Shown here: positions 19,030-30,188 of the stretch, piece by piece
How positions within the stretch are numbered: the stretch's first letter is position 1
How the letters are laid out: every line of letters starts with the position of its first letter
Source: Rickettsiales bacterium
GTDB lineage: Bacteria > Pseudomonadota > Alphaproteobacteria > Rickettsiales > UBA998
DNA length: 64,000 nucleotides
Assembly (NCBI GenBank): GCA_028279475.1
Contig: JANQNR010000019.1
Coordinates: 6,044 to 70,043, forward strand
Direction of reading: 5' to 3'
The notes under the pieces: generated by a model
Seen by the model: the letters and a program-made list of their open reading frames with translations, nothing else
Databases searched by the model: none
What the model was told of the DNA's origin: nothing
Translations under genes and position numbers: made by a program

Positions 19030-19913
19030 GTACGCGCTGCGGATTTATCGCAGTCGTTGGTGTCCCCAACGCTGGGAAATCGACGCTGGTTAATCATATG
19101 GTCGGCGCACGGATCGCCATTGTCACGCCGAAAGTGCAGACTACCCGTAACCGGATTCTTGGTATGACCATTGAGGGTGAAAGCCAGCTAATCTTTGTGG
19201 ATACGCCCGGGATTTTCAAGGCGGATGCCCGGTTTGAAAAGGCGATGGTCAATGCCGCGCTGGGTAGTACCAAGGAAGCAGACATTATTTTGCTACTTGT
19301 CGATGCGTATAAGGGGATGTGTGACAATACGCGCACCGTGCTCAAGTCCATCAAGGACAGCAAGGCAACGAAAGTCGTTGTGCTCAACAAGGTGGATAAA
19401 ACGCCGAAAGAAACCCTGTTGGCGCTGGCCGAGACATTGCATCAGCAGGATGAGTTCGCCGCCTGTTTCATGATTTCAGCCTTGAAAGGGCAGGGGACAC
19501 GGGACGTCAGGGAGTGGCTGGCCAAGCATGTGCCGGAGGATAACTGGCATTACCCTGAAGACCAGATGACCGATATTCCGATGCGGCAGATGGCAGCGGA
19601 AATTACCCGCGAATCGCTGTTTTTCCGGTTGCAGCAGGAACTGCCTTACAGCGTCACGGTAGATACGGAAAGCTGGGAAGAGCGCCCGGACGGTAGCGTC
19701 GAAATTCGTCAGGTCATTTATGTACAGAATGAAGGGCAGAAGAAGATCGTTGTAGGACGCAAGGGAGCCATGCTCAAAGAGATCGGCCAGTCTGCTCGCC
19801 AACGCATTGGTCGTCTGCTGGAATGCAAGGCGCACCTGTTCCTGTTTGTCAAAGTCTCCGGTAAATGGAAGGAACAGAAAGAGTTCTACACATCAATCGG
19901 ATTGGATTTTTAG
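19026..19913 (+). CDS. era: GTPase Era
   Basis: GVPNAGKSTL, QTTR, DTPG, NKVD, KH domain. Confidence 0.97.
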   Translation: MSTRCGFIAVVGVPNAGKSTLVNHMVGARIAIVTPKVQTTRNRILGMTIEGESQLIFVDTPGIFKADARFEKAMVNAALGSTKEADIILLLVDAYKGMCDNTRTVLKSIKDSKATKVVVLNKVDKTPKETLLALAETLHQQDEFAACFMISALKGQGTRDVREWLAKHVPEDNWHYPEDQMTDIPMRQMAAEITRESLFFRLQQELPYSVTVDTESWEERPDGSVEIRQVIYVQNEGQKKIVVGRKGAMLKEIGQSARQRIGRLLECKAHLFLFVKVSGKWKEQKEFYTSIGLDF

Positions 19914-19932
19914 ATAATGTACACACGAGTAT

Positions 19933-21096
19933 CTAGCTGGAAGCCTGTACATCAAACACGCGCTGATATTCTTTCAGGGCGAAACGGTCAGTCATCCCGG
20001 CGATAAAGTCACAGACTGTGCGGGCGCGCTGCCTGTCATTCATATCTGCTATGTCTTTCTGCCATGGGGTGGGCAGGCACTCCGGTTCTTCAAAAAAGAA
20101 GGTGAATAGCTCCTGCACGACGCGTCGGGCTTTACTAGTCATACGGTTGACTCGGTAATGGCGATACATGCGCTCCATTAGGAATTGTTTTAACTGCTGT
20201 TTCGTATCGTTCATAGCATCAGAGAAAGCAACGACAGGTTCGCCAAGGGCACGTATCTGCGAGACATCTTCAATTGTGTGCTGTGACAAGTTTGCTCTCG
20301 TTTGATGCAGTAGGTCATCGACCATGCGATTGATAATCCGGCGAATGACCTCATGGACACGTCGTTGTTCCTCAAGGCCGGGATGTGCGTCATCCACAAG
20401 CCTGATAATCTCATCAATCAGAGTAATATGGCGCAGTTCATCCAACGTAAACATACGCGCGCGTACCCCGTCTTCCAGATCATGGTTATTATAGGCAATA
20501 TCGTCAGCGAGAGCAGCAACCTGCGCTTCGGCACCCGGATAGCTGGCCAGTTCCAGATCATGGGAGGCATTGTAGGCGGCGATGGTTTCCGACAGCCCCT
20601 CGTCAATACTGGTCGGAAGAGGACCATTATGCTTGGCGATGCCTTCCAAAGTCTCCCAGGTCAGGTTCAGACCGTCAAACTGTGCGTATCGCTGCTCCAG
20701 CTCGGTAAGAATACGTAGCGCCTGGGCGTTATGGTCAAAACCGCCATGTCGTGCCATCACGACTTTCAGCCCGTCTTCGCCTGCATGGCCGAAGGGGGTA
20801 TGTCCTAGATCATGTGCCAACGCCACCGCTTCACCAAGGTCTTCATTCAGACCTAGGGAACGGCACATGGCACGGCTTAATTGCCCGACTTCCAGGCTGT
20901 GGGTCAGGCGGGTACGGTAATGGTCCCCTTCATGATTGATAAAGACCTGGGTTTTATATTCCAGCCGCCGGAAGGCAGCGCTGTGGATGATGCGGTCGCG
21001 GTCGCGTTGGAACACGCTGCGGGTGGTGCATTCCGGCTCATCGACCTTCCTGCCGCGTGATGCAGTGGGGTGGGTGGCGTAGGGAGCGAGTGTCAT
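19933..21096 (-). CDS. dgt: dGTP triphosphohydrolase
   Basis: FQRDRDRIIHS.AFRRL.YKTQVF, RTRLTHSLEV, HDLGHTPFGH, DFIAGMTD. Confidence 0.95.
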   Translation of the reverse strand: MTLAPYATHPTASRGRKVDEPECTTRSVFQRDRDRIIHSAAFRRLEYKTQVFINHEGDHYRTRLTHSLEVGQLSRAMCRSLGLNEDLGEAVALAHDLGHTPFGHAGEDGLKVVMARHGGFDHNAQALRILTELEQRYAQFDGLNLTWETLEGIAKHNGPLPTSIDEGLSETIAAYNASHDLELASYPGAEAQVAALADDIAYNNHDLEDGVRARMFTLDELRHITLIDEIIRLVDDAHPGLEEQRRVHEVIRRIINRMVDDLLHQTRANLSQHTIEDVSQIRALGEPVVAFSDAMNDTKQQLKQFLMERMYRHYRVNRMTSKARRVVQELFTFFFEEPECLPTPWQKDIADMNDRQRARTVCDFIAGMTDRFALKEYQRVFDVQASS

Positions 21097-21169
21097 AGAG
21101 GCATTCCTTGCATATTTGCGCACTTCATCCCTTGCAGTAAAAGGAAACACGTATTATTTCAATGAGTAT

Positions 21170-21508
21170 ATGCAAACTGAACAGAGTTTTCTTATTTCCG
21201 ATAGTGCGGCGGCGCGCATAGCCCATCTGGTGGATAACGAACCGGAAGGATCGCGGCTGCGCATTCGCGTCGATGGCGGCGGGTGCTCCGGCTTCCAGTA
21301 TCATTTTGATTTTGATGCAGAGGCAAACGTCGGCGATGACCATGTGTTTGAGCATCAGCAGGCCGCCGTCATCATTGACGAAATGTCGCTGGAGTTCCTG
21401 AAGGGGTCGATGATTGATTATGTGGAAGAGCTTGGCGCATCCTATTTCAAGATCAGTAATCCCAACAGTTCCGCTTCCTGCGGGTGCGGCAACTCCTTCG
21501 CGGTGTAA
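21170..21508 (+). CDS. erpA: Fe-S cluster insertion protein ErpA (IscA/HesB family)
   Basis: GGGCSGFQY, NPN...SCGCGNSF. Confidence 0.92.
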   Translation: MQTEQSFLISDSAAARIAHLVDNEPEGSRLRIRVDGGGCSGFQYHFDFDAEANVGDDHVFEHQQAAVIIDEMSLEFLKGSMIDYVEELGASYFKISNPNSSASCGCGNSFAV

Positions 21509-21517
21509 TGCTGCGCC

Positions 21518-22036
21518 CTACACGCGTTTTGAGAGCGCAATCGCCGTTTTGGTGATGCCGCGAATGCCGTGATAGAGCAGTTGGTAAGCAGGAGCCTGCT
21601 TGGCGCCCATGGCCAGTCCGGTATCGTGATGTTCTAGCTCCTCTTCCCTAAATTGGGCAATCGTCTGCTTGAGCGTTGCTTCTGACTCCGGCAGATCCTC
21701 CTCTTGCGACTGATAATGTTCGTCAATGACCGATTCCACGGCAACAGTGCAAGCCATTGCCGCTTTTTCACCCAATGCAGCGGTAGAGGCACCCAGCAGC
21801 CAGCCGCCCACGTGCCAGAGTGGCATCAAGGCGGTGGGGCGTACCTGCCGGTCACGTACCAGCGCATCAAACGTTTCCAGATGCTCCAACTCCTGATCGC
21901 GCATTTCCCGTACCGTATCATAAGACGGTTTACCGCGCAGGACGGCCAGTTGCCCCTCATAGATACGCTTGGCACCATATTCGCCGGCATGATCCACACG
22001 AATCATGCGATGGATGGGATTTTCTGACTGAGTCAT
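21518..22036 (-). CDS. coq7: Demethoxyubiquinone hydroxylase (Coq7 family)
   Basis: IRVDHAGEYGA..IY.GQ, AMACT.AVE..I..HY, EE.EH di-iron motifs. Confidence 0.93.
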   Translation of the reverse strand: MTQSENPIHRMIRVDHAGEYGAKRIYEGQLAVLRGKPSYDTVREMRDQELEHLETFDALVRDRQVRPTALMPLWHVGGWLLGASTAALGEKAAMACTVAVESVIDEHYQSQEEDLPESEATLKQTIAQFREEELEHHDTGLAMGAKQAPAYQLLYHGIRGITKTAIALSKRV

Positions 22037-22527
22037 GAAGACGTTATAACATACCGCCGGTGCCGCTGCCAGAGAATCATGCAGGCAAGGGCATAGAGCG
22101 CATTCCAGACGGCCATCGACAGCCCAAGGAATGATGCGCCGACATCGGAGCAACTGACCAGCGGTGCACCGAGTATTTCTGCTTTTAACGCGTCCAGACT
22201 GCTGGAGCCCGATGCCTCAATGCTGCATCCGGAAGGCCCCTTGACCCAGCCTTGCTCAACGCCGACATGGTAAGCGGCAATGCCCCCAGTGGTCAGAAAT
22301 GCCAGTAAAATGAGATAATACAGTCCTTGACGAAATCTTGAGTGCTTTATCGCCAAGCCTGCCAGCCCCAGCGCAACGATCACCGCGTAAGGATAGCGTT
22401 GCAGCAGGCATAAATCGCAAGGATGCGTGCCAAAGCCATATTGACTCAGGAGTGCCATACCAACTGCTGCACTAGCAAGTCCAAGTGGTATGAGGAACGG
22501 GTAACGACGTAGCAACAACGGCAGCAT
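22033..22527 (-). CDS. dsbB: Disulfide bond formation protein B family
   Basis: PCDLCLLQR, YHVGVE, second Cys pair, LGLSMA.WN. Confidence 0.88.
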   Translation of the reverse strand: MLPLLLRRYPFLIPLGLASAAVGMALLSQYGFGTHPCDLCLLQRYPYAVIVALGLAGLAIKHSRFRQGLYYLILLAFLTTGGIAAYHVGVEQGWVKGPSGCSIEASGSSSLDALKAEILGAPLVSCSDVGASFLGLSMAVWNALYALACMILWQRHRRYVITSS

Positions 22528-22578
22528 ACAGGCAGTATAGTGAAATCTGCCGCTGGGCTAAAGAGGTTTCTCTATGTC

Positions 22579-23523
22579 CTATCTGGTGGGGGTGTTGCCA
22601 ACTTGTGCCACTTGTTGTGGTGCGTTGGGCGGTGGCGCAGTGACATTGTTGTCATTGCTCTCAGGGGCAGGTTTGGCCTTTGCAGTAACATTGGCATTTC
22701 GTGCGTCAGCTAGCGCCTTGTCCATGGGAGCGGTTTTTTCCGGTTGTGTTGCCTGCTGCTGTCCCTGCTCCTGCGTTGGTTGCTGGGCAACGCTGCTGGG
22801 TTGGATGCCAAAAAACGCCGACATGAGCATGACAATCAACTGAAGGAATGGATTTGTTTGCTGTTGTTCCGGCTGCTGCGTTGGTGCAGTGGTATTTTCT
22901 TTGGGTTTAGAGGCTGGCGCAGCAGGTGCACTTGCTGTCGTGCTTGGCGCTGTAGCGTCGGCAGATGCTGGAGCTGTGGTTGCAGGTGTTTCTGTAGGCT
23001 GAGCTTCAGGAGCAGGTGCTTGTAGTTTGCTTTTGTTCTGCGCTTGTGCAAAATACTTATCAATCTCCTCGGTCATCTCATTAATGCCGAGATGCTGTTT
23101 GCCCGCCTTCTCAAATACTTCTACATCATTTTTAAGATCAAGCAAAGTAGGGGCATGTTTGGATTTGTTCGGATCCATGAACAATGCCATTACGTTTCCT
23201 GAACTGGCTTCTATTAGCAATTCAGCAGGCATGCCTTGAGTTTTACTTGATATTTCTCGTGCTGCCTGTTTGGTGGCTGCGATAAACTTGTTTAGGCTGT
23301 CATTATCCTTTTTATCCACGAAATCCGTAAAGAAAGACTTGGCAGAATTTTTCAGCTCAGCCGTGTTTAAAAATTGCTGGTCGTTATCAATGGCTGTGTT
23401 AATGGCCGCTGTAATTTGTTCATTGCTGTAAGGGCCGTTACCTTCCAAGCCATCAATGGCTTTTAGCATAGCACCGCGGAAACCGATGGTAATACGTGCA
23501 TCTGTGTTGCTAGTCTTAGTCAT
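22579..23523 (-). CDS. Orphan protein with P/A/T/Q-rich linker and hydrophobic helix; candidate secreted effector
   Basis: Long intact ORF; no family recognised; tail ends ...QVGNTPTR. Confidence 0.75.
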   Translation of the reverse strand: MTKTSNTDARITIGFRGAMLKAIDGLEGNGPYSNEQITAAINTAIDNDQQFLNTAELKNSAKSFFTDFVDKKDNDSLNKFIAATKQAAREISSKTQGMPAELLIEASSGNVMALFMDPNKSKHAPTLLDLKNDVEVFEKAGKQHLGINEMTEEIDKYFAQAQNKSKLQAPAPEAQPTETPATTAPASADATAPSTTASAPAAPASKPKENTTAPTQQPEQQQTNPFLQLIVMLMSAFFGIQPSSVAQQPTQEQGQQQATQPEKTAPMDKALADARNANVTAKAKPAPESNDNNVTAPPPNAPQQVAQVGNTPTR

Positions 23524-23541
23524 AATCACCACTATAGCGTA

Positions 23542-23576
23542 ATTTTATGGGATTGAGTGTGAAGCTTCTATGACAT
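23542..23576 (-). promoter_or_regulatory. PhoB/OmpR-type box plus -10
   Basis: ATGTCAT-AGAA-GCTTCAC, 11 nt, TAAAAT. Confidence 0.55.
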
Positions 23577-23649
23577 TGAATATGAGAGGAGGGAAGGTGG
23601 CAAAACCGCTTGACCCCTGCGCCATGCGGCTTATGATGCGCCTCCACGT

Positions 23650-23734
23650 GCCCCTGTGGTGGAATTGGTAGACGCGACGGATTCAAAATCCGTTTCCTTC
23701 GGGAGTGCCCGTTCGAGTCGGGCCAGGGGCACCA
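23650..23734 (+). tRNA. tRNA-Leu(CAA)
   Basis: Acceptor GCCCCTG/CAGGGGC, anticodon loop TTCAAAA, long variable arm, GTTCGAG T-loop, encoded CCA; promoter TTGACC-16-TATGAT upstream. Confidence 0.97.
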
Positions 23735-23875
23735 ACCTTCGCAACTTATCGAGCGAAGCGAGATTAGCGAGAACGCTGTCGCGCCGAAGTTCCAAGAGAA
23801 CGAAGGCGGACTTTCCGCTGCTACGGCTCGGCAAGCCTGTCCAAAAGTTTAACCTTTTCTTCTCTGAGGGCACCA
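23735..23875 (+). repeat. 141-bp tRNA-3'-linked element, copy A
   Basis: 131/141 identical by manual alignment to the reverse complement of 35766-35906; ends in CACCA. Confidence 0.92.
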
Positions 23876-23929
23876 TTTCAAGAAAAGCGATATCGAATGC
23901 GCCAGAGAACTGTAAAAAAGCTTTCCCAC

Positions 23930-24586
23930 CTAATACGCTGCGCCTTTGATAATCTCAGCTACCACGGCTGCCAACCTGTCATCTGGCAGCGCACCGGCGA
24001 TTTCGGCAACCGGCTCTCCTTTATATAATACCGTATTATATGGAACCGGAACGCTTGGCTTAATACCGCCTTGAAAGCGCAGCCCCATCTCACGCAACCG
24101 GTTGCTGATTGTCCGGTACGACGCGCCGTCCTTCATGATATACGTTTCCAGATGAAGCGGCGCGACGCTTTGAGCAAACTCACGCGCCAACTCCAGCTTG
24201 TTATCAATGGAAATGGCAGCCACCTGGAATGCCTCTCCATGTTGTTTCTGCAACTGGTTCAACGCCATGAACATGCGCTTGCAATGTGGGCACCAGGATG
24301 CGTAAATCATGACAAAGACCGGCTTCTCCTGCGACACCTGCACCAGCCGCTCGAACCCGGCACTATCCAATGCTACAATGGCCTGCCCACCATTCAGGGG
24401 AATATCTCGCCGCCCACCGGTTGAGGTCGCTGCTTCCTCCGACGCATGAATCAAGCGTTCGGCCTGCGCATCAGAGACCGTATGATCGGTAATGCCGAAT
24501 TGTCCGGCGCTTCCGAAAAAGGCTACCAATGCCAACAGCACTAGCACCATGGCCGCGGCGTTAATAAATTTATTAAATTGTTTCAT
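23930..24586 (-). CDS. Membrane-anchored thioredoxin-like (TlpA-type) protein
   Basis: YASWCPHC active site, N-terminal TM, cis-Pro VP. Confidence 0.85.
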   Translation of the reverse strand: MKQFNKFINAAAMVLVLLALVAFFGSAGQFGITDHTVSDAQAERLIHASEEAATSTGGRRDIPLNGGQAIVALDSAGFERLVQVSQEKPVFVMIYASWCPHCKRMFMALNQLQKQHGEAFQVAAISIDNKLELAREFAQSVAPLHLETYIMKDGASYRTISNRLREMGLRFQGGIKPSVPVPYNTVLYKGEPVAEIAGALPDDRLAAVVAEIIKGAAY

Positions 24587-24663
24587 CTTTATACTTTACA
24601 TGCCTGATTTTTTATTGTAATGGCAGCTTAATACTAAGTAATACTACAGTAACAAGGTATGCC

Positions 24664-25125
24664 ATGTCCAGCGCTGTTCCCAAGCTCCAGATTAACCCAA
24701 CGGCACCCAGCAATTATGTGACACCACTCAAGGCGGCTCATGCGGCATCACGCCAGAAATTCCATGATCGCACTCGTTTGCTAGGCGCCACCGTGGAAGA
24801 GGAGTGGGAGATTGCGTTAAAGGATGTGCATTGTCGTATCCGCTTGTTTCTGTGCGCTGACAAAACCCGTAAGCTCTCGGTCAGTATGGTCAATCATCCC
24901 TCCACCAACGTGACTCCGTTATTCATTCGACAAATCGGACATGACAGGATTCGCAATGGCGGACGCCCGCATTACGAAAAACATTTTCCTGCACTTTCCG
25001 ATGCACAAGCTAACACACTGAAACACGCGATTGTGGAAATAACACAACAGCCAAATCACACGCCGTATGCCTTGCTGGAGTGTATCAAGATGGCTTGTGC
25101 GATTGAGACCGGCATCTACAGATAA
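24664..25125 (+). CDS. Hypothetical protein
   Basis: 153-aa ORF with RBS AAGG; no family recognised. Confidence 0.65.
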   Translation: MSSAVPKLQINPTAPSNYVTPLKAAHAASRQKFHDRTRLLGATVEEEWEIALKDVHCRIRLFLCADKTRKLSVSMVNHPSTNVTPLFIRQIGHDRIRNGGRPHYEKHFPALSDAQANTLKHAIVEITQQPNHTPYALLECIKMACAIETGIYR

Positions 25126-25189
25126 GCTTGCGCTCTTCTCCGTTCCGTTCTATTTCGCATGCATATATGCAAACAGATAAGGAACGACC

Positions 25190-26398
25190 ATGACTTCACC
25201 CTCCATCTCTAAAATCGTCCTCGCCTATTCCGGTGGGCTGGACACCTCCGTCATTCTGCGCTGGCTACAGGAAGCCTACGATGCCGAGGTCGTCACCTTC
25301 ACCGCTGACCTGGGGCAGGGTGAGGAGGTCGAACCGGCGCGTGCCAAGGCGGAAATGCTGGGGATCAAGCCGGAGCATATCTTCATTGAGGATTTGCGCG
25401 AGGAGTTCGTGCGTGACTATGTGTTCCCGATGTTTCGCGCCAATGCGCTCTATGAAGGCATTTACCTGCTGGGCACCTCCATCGCCCGCCCGCTGATCGC
25501 CAAGCGCCAGATCGAGATCGCTCGTCAGGTAGGGGCGGAGGCTGTGTCCCATGGTGCTACGGGTAAAGGCAATGATCAGGTGCGTTTTGAGCTGGGCTAT
25601 TATGGGTTGCAGCCGGACATCAAGGTCATCGCCCCATGGCGGGAATGGGATCTGAACTCGCGCACCAAGCTGATCGACTATGCACAGAAGCACCAGATAC
25701 CAGTAGCCAAGGACAAGCATGGCGAAGCGCCCTATTCGATGGATGCCAACCTGCTGCACATCTCCTATGAAGGCAAGGTGTTGGAAGACCCGTGGGTTGG
25801 AGCGGACGAATCCATGTTCCGCTGGAGCGTCTCTCCTCAAAGCGCTCCGGATGACGGGGAAACCATCACCATTGGCTTTGAACAAGGCGACGCTGTTTCG
25901 ATTAATGGCGAGGCGCTGTCTCCGGCGACGTTACTGACACGGCTCAATGCGCTGGGCGGCAAGCATGGTGTCGGACGCATCGACATTGTCGAAAACCGTT
26001 TTGTCGGGATGAAGTCGCGTGGGGTGTATGAAACACCGGGCGGCACGATTCTGCATCAGGCGCACCGGGCGATTGAGTCGATCACACTCGATCGCGGGGC
26101 GGCACACCTGAAAGACGAGATCATGCCGCGCTACGCCGAGCTGCTCTATAACGGTTTCTGGTTCTCACCCGAGCGGGAGATGCTGCAAGCCCTCATTGAC
26201 GAATCGCAGCAGCATGTCACCGGGGAGGTGCGTTTGACCTTGTACAAGGGAAATGTTATTATAGAAGGACGGCGGGCAGAGAAAAGCCTCTATTCCGCCG
26301 AACATGTGACGTTTGAAGAAGATGCCGTCTATGACCAGCGCGACGCGGAAGGGTTTATTAAATTACAGGCATTGCGGTTGCGTTTAGGCCACAAATAG
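25190..26398 (+). CDS. argG: Argininosuccinate synthase
   Basis: [34 protein letters not shown]. Confidence 0.97.
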   Translation: MTSPSISKIVLAYSGGLDTSVILRWLQEAYDAEVVTFTADLGQGEEVEPARAKAEMLGIKPEHIFIEDLREEFVRDYVFPMFRANALYEGIYLLGTSIARPLIAKRQIEIARQVGAEAVSHGATGKGNDQVRFELGYYGLQPDIKVIAPWREWDLNSRTKLIDYAQKHQIPVAKDKHGEAPYSMDANLLHISYEGKVLEDPWVGADESMFRWSVSPQSAPDDGETITIGFEQGDAVSINGEALSPATLLTRLNALGGKHGVGRIDIVENRFVGMKSRGVYETPGGTILHQAHRAIESITLDRGAAHLKDEIMPRYAELLYNGFWFSPEREMLQALIDESQQHVTGEVRLTLYKGNVIIEGRRAEKSLYSAEHVTFEEDAVYDQRDAEGFIKLQALRLRLGHK

Positions 26399-26524
26399 CG
26401 TAGTATTAGGCAAGTAAAAGTACTTTTATTACAGAATTATGAAAATAATGACTTAATATTAATAAAATATTATGATATATATGAGAATATGATATTAGAA
26501 AATTCTAACTAATGGGACGTGATT

Positions 26525-27277
26525 ATGACTGTTGATCCTATTCTACAAAGCGCTGCTCTAACGCTTGCCAATCCATCGGCAAGCCCTGAACAACGCAATG
26601 AAGCGCTGGCAGTGTTTGACGCACTCGGGCTCGATGGCTCCCAGTTTCCTATTGATAAGCTTTCACAGCTTGGTGTTGGTGATGTAAAAGGATTTGAAGG
26701 TGTACCAGGTGGTGAGGCGTTTCTCGAACAGGCTGGGCAAAGTGCAGCAATAAGCAATGATGCCTTCGCTCCGGCGTTGGATGCAGGCCAGCAGATGAAT
26801 GTAGCGATGGAAACCTCAGCGCATACTGGAAATGTGGATGCGAAGGACATTGACATGGCCAAACTGAAAATCGATCAGTTGGCGCATCAGATCATGGCTG
26901 AAAATCCTTCCATTTCTGCATCTGAGCTTCAAGCGAAAATGGCTGGACAGATTCCCAATGCCGGGAATATACCACAAAATGTGATTGCTGATTTGGTCGA
27001 AGATGCGCATTTGAAGAATCAAGACCCAATGGCGATGATGAACAACACCCCGGCGCAAGGTATGAGCACACAAAATGCTGCTGAAGAAGAAAAAGGTGGT
27101 CTGTTCGCTGGAATGAAAGAGATGCTGGCACCGATTATCGCCACACTAGGCACGGCGATGGCCGCCATTGGGTTTGGTGGTAAGCAGGGAGAGGAAGTGT
27201 CACTGGCTGCATTAGGTGATCTAAGTCCTCCACAAGTTGGTGGCAAATCCCGCGAACAGTCGATCGGCATTAGCTGA
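26525..27277 (+). CDS. Orphan acidic/Ala-rich protein with C-terminal hydrophobic helix; candidate effector
   Basis: 250-aa ORF after a very AT-rich intergenic region; tail LGDLSPPQVGGKSREQSIGIS. Confidence 0.75.
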   Translation: MTVDPILQSAALTLANPSASPEQRNEALAVFDALGLDGSQFPIDKLSQLGVGDVKGFEGVPGGEAFLEQAGQSAAISNDAFAPALDAGQQMNVAMETSAHTGNVDAKDIDMAKLKIDQLAHQIMAENPSISASELQAKMAGQIPNAGNIPQNVIADLVEDAHLKNQDPMAMMNNTPAQGMSTQNAAEEEKGGLFAGMKEMLAPIIATLGTAMAAIGFGGKQGEEVSLAALGDLSPPQVGGKSREQSIGIS

Positions 27278-27302
27278 CTCTTTACTGCACGTTTTGGAGG
27301 CT

Positions 27303-27815
27303 TCAAGCCTCAGCATAATGCTCTTCTAACTTCGCCGCCACGTGCTCCGAGACGAACCCGCTCACATCGCCGCCTAAGCGGCTAATCTGCTTCACAAAGC
27401 GTGACGACACAAAATGCGTCGATTCGGACGCGGTAAGGAAGATCGTTTCCATCTCATCGGCCAGCTTGGAATTCATGCAGGCCATCTGGAATTCATATTC
27501 AAAATCAGACACCGCCCGCAAACCCCGCACCAGCAGGTTGGCGCCATGCGTACGGGCGAAATTGACCAATAATCCAGAAAAGGCATGCACCTCAATGCGC
27601 TGTGCGTCGTCTCCCAGCGCCTGTATGTCGTGCTCGACCAGTGCGGTGCGTTCTTCCAGTGAAAAAATCGGCTGCTTGCCCGTATCCAGTGCCACCCCGA
27701 TCACCAGCCGATCCACCACTTTGAGTGAACGTCGGATGATATCAATATGGCCGAAAGTGATCGGGTCAAACGTCCCCGCGTAGATGCCGGTGCGAAGGTC
27801 GGTATGGGAGCTCAT
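27303..27815 (-). CDS. coaD: Phosphopantetheine adenylyltransferase
   Basis: GTFDPITFGH.DII.R, RGLRAVSDFEYE, SS..VK. Confidence 0.96.
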   Translation of the reverse strand: MSSHTDLRTGIYAGTFDPITFGHIDIIRRSLKVVDRLVIGVALDTGKQPIFSLEERTALVEHDIQALGDDAQRIEVHAFSGLLVNFARTHGANLLVRGLRAVSDFEYEFQMACMNSKLADEMETIFLTASESTHFVSSRFVKQISRLGGDVSGFVSEHVAAKLEEHYAEA

Positions 27816-27840
27816 ATTCTCTTACTTATCTTCGTTTTCG

Positions 27841-28869
27841 TCAGGCGGCAATACTTATACGATGATTTTCCGATGAATCCAATTGCCGCGCATAAAACGT
27901 CTCCAGCGCTTGTAAGGCATCTTCATGATCAGTGATTTTGTTATAGCTGTTGCGAAACTCGGCGGAATAAGGCAGTCCGTTCGTGTACCAGCCAATATGC
28001 TTGCGGGCGATGCGCACCCCGTTCTCCGTGCCATAGGTGGTCAGAATATCATCGAAATGGCGGAGAATGGTCGCATATTGATCGGCTAGTGATGGTGCCA
28101 CACCCGGTGCTCCGGTCCGCAAATACTCCATCACCTGTGCCGGAAACCAGGGTCGCCCATAGGTACCGCGACCGATCATCACGCCATCCGCACCGGACAG
28201 GTGCACCGCATTGTCCACATCCTCAAACGTCGTGATGTCGCCATTGGCAATCACCGGCAGGGATACCGCGTCCTTCACCTGACGGATAAACGCCCAATCC
28301 GCCTGTCCCTTATACATCTGGCAACGCGTACGCCCATGAATCGTAATCATTTGGATGCCACATGCCTCGGCAATGCGCGCCAGCGTCGGTGCATTGAGGC
28401 TCTCATGATCCCAGCCCATACGCATCTTCAGCGTCACCGGAATCGAGACCGCTTTGGCCGTCGCCTCTAAAATCCGCCCAGCCAACACCTCATCACGCAT
28501 CAATGCCGAGCCGGCATAACCATTGACCACTTTCTTGACCGGGCAGCCGAAATTAATGTCGATAATATCCGCGCCCATATCCTCATTCAGTTTCGCCGCC
28601 TCGGCCATCACCTCCGGCTCGCACCCGGCCAGTTGCACCGCCATCGGGTATTCGATCTTGTCCCGCTTGGCCATGCGGAGTGAATTACGGGTCTGGAGTA
28701 CCATTGCCTTCGATGCAATCATCTCCGACACCACCATACCAACACCATACTGCTTGACGACTTTGCGGAACGGCAGGTCGGACACCCCGGTCATGGGCGC
28801 CAGAATCACCGGCGTGTCAATCGTGACCTTATCGCCAATCTGGATGGGTTTTAGTGAAGATTGCTTCAT
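27841..28869 (-). CDS. dusB: tRNA-dihydrouridine synthase B (NifR3)
   Basis: [35 protein letters not shown]. Confidence 0.94.
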   Translation of the reverse strand: MKQSSLKPIQIGDKVTIDTPVILAPMTGVSDLPFRKVVKQYGVGMVVSEMIASKAMVLQTRNSLRMAKRDKIEYPMAVQLAGCEPEVMAEAAKLNEDMGADIIDINFGCPVKKVVNGYAGSALMRDEVLAGRILEATAKAVSIPVTLKMRMGWDHESLNAPTLARIAEACGIQMITIHGRTRCQMYKGQADWAFIRQVKDAVSLPVIANGDITTFEDVDNAVHLSGADGVMIGRGTYGRPWFPAQVMEYLRTGAPGVAPSLADQYATILRHFDDILTTYGTENGVRIARKHIGWYTNGLPYSAEFRNSYNKITDHEDALQALETFYARQLDSSENHRISIAA

Positions 28870-28914
28870 TGATGTTTGCGTTTTCCAAATATTAGACATT
28901 ATGTATAGCAGGAA

Positions 28915-30141
28915 ATGACGAAAAAGCAAAAGATTGACACACACCAGATCGGCATTGTGATCGTTGCCGCCGGCAACGGGGAACGTTGCGGCCTGGATGT
29001 TCCTAAACAATACGCCGCACTCGGAGGTATCCCGGTGCTGATGCATACGCTTGGCCACTTGCGACGCGCACTACCGAATGCGCATTATGTACTGGTGATC
29101 GGGGCAGATCATCAACCCTTCTTAGATGTATGTGATGTCGGCGATGCCATCATCGTACGGGGCGGCGATACGCGGCAGGCATCAGTGCAAGCCGGACTGG
29201 AAGCATTACAAGATGCAAACATCTCTCATGTCCTCATCCATGATGCGGCACGCCCGTTTGTCAGCGCACATGTCTGCAACCGCCTGCTGGCAGCACTGGA
29301 GACAGAGCGAGCCGCCGTGCCAGGTATCCCGGTGGCGGATACGCTCAAAAGCGTTGAAACAGCCCCCCTCCTAACCTCCCCCCGCAAGCAGGGGGAGGAA
29401 TATAAGGTAAGTGGAACCATCAACAGAGCCGGGCTTTACCGTATCCAAACCCCACAGGCCTTCGACTATCCGACCATTCTGGATGCCCACCGCCGGGCGC
29501 AGCATGAGCAATGGGAAACCGTTACTGACGATGCAGGACTGTGCGAACGGCTTGACATTCCTGTTGCCATGGTTGAAGGAGACGAGCACCTCTTTAAAAT
29601 CACCACAAAGGACGATATGGAACGGGCGCAGCACATGATTTCAAACATGCACGAAACTCGCACCGGGTTTGGCTACGACGTCCACCGACTACTTCCACAT
29701 GACGCACCCAATCAGACGATCCGACTTGGCGGCATCGATATTCCACACACCCATTATCTGAAAGGTCACTCTGATGCCGATGTCGTGCTGCACGCACTGA
29801 CCGACGCGCTGCTCGGTGCACTGGGGGAGGGTGATATCGGCGAGCACTTCCCACCAAGTGATGATAGTTTTAAAAACATGGATTCTGCCCGGTTCGTACG
29901 GCATGCTTGCGACCTGATGAAAGAGCGCGATGCCTGCCTGACCAATGCTGATATTACCATCATCGGTGAGCGTCCCAAAATCAGCCCACACAAACAGGCC
30001 ATGCGGGAGCGTATCGCGGATATACTGGGTGTGGATATTGCACGCATCAACATCAAAGCCACCACAACCGAAGGGCTCGGATTTGAAGGACGGCAGGAAG
30101 GCATCGCGGTTCATGCAATTGTAATCATGACTTTGCCATAA
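28915..30141 (+). CDS. ispDF: Bifunctional IspD/IspF
   Basis: AAG.G.R..., [13 protein letters not shown]; then G.GYDVH, GHSDADV..HA, DIG.HFP, KATTTE.LG. Confidence 0.95.
   Translation: MTKKQKIDTHQIGIVIVAAGNGERCGLDVPKQYAALGGIPVLMHTLGHLRRALPNAHYVLVIGADHQPFLDVCDVGDAIIVRGGDTRQASVQAGLEALQDANISHVLIHDAARPFVSAHVCNRLLAALETERAAVPGIPVADTLKSVETAPLLTSPRKQGEEYKVSGTINRAGLYRIQTPQAFDYPTILDAHRRAQHEQWETVTDDAGLCERLDIPVAMVEGDEHLFKITTKDDMERAQHMISNMHETRTGFGYDVHRLLPHDAPNQTIRLGGIDIPHTHYLKGHSDADVVLHALTDALLGALGEGDIGEHFPPSDDSFKNMDSARFVRHACDLMKERDACLTNADITIIGERPKISPHKQAMRERIADILGVDIARINIKATTTEGLGFEGRQEGIAVHAIVIMTLP
29359..29402 (+). repeat. Palindromic element (half unit) inserted in-frame in ispDF
   Basis: ACAGCCCCCCTCCTAACCTCCCCCCGCAAGCAGGGGGAGGAATA; 38/44 identical to 42037-42080. 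Confidence 0.85.
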
Positions 30142-30188
30142 AATATGGTATACTAGGCTCTGCTTACGTATATATTAAGGATTTTGCC

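Noticed and set aside
19933-21096. dGTPase as an anti-phage defence gene
   Set aside because: It is the housekeeping dgt in its usual divergent position to erpA, with no defence-island context.
23631-23949. Near-identical ORF pairs at 23656/23631 and 35725/35768 suggesting a duplicated protein
   Set aside because: They are translations across the tRNA-Leu genes and the 141-bp element, not proteins.
24615-24632. Weak extra direct-repeat box TTGTAAT-GGCA-GCTTAAT upstream of ORF 24664
   Set aside because: The match and -10 spacing are poorer than in the other copies and the protein lacks the polar tail; not counted in the regulon.
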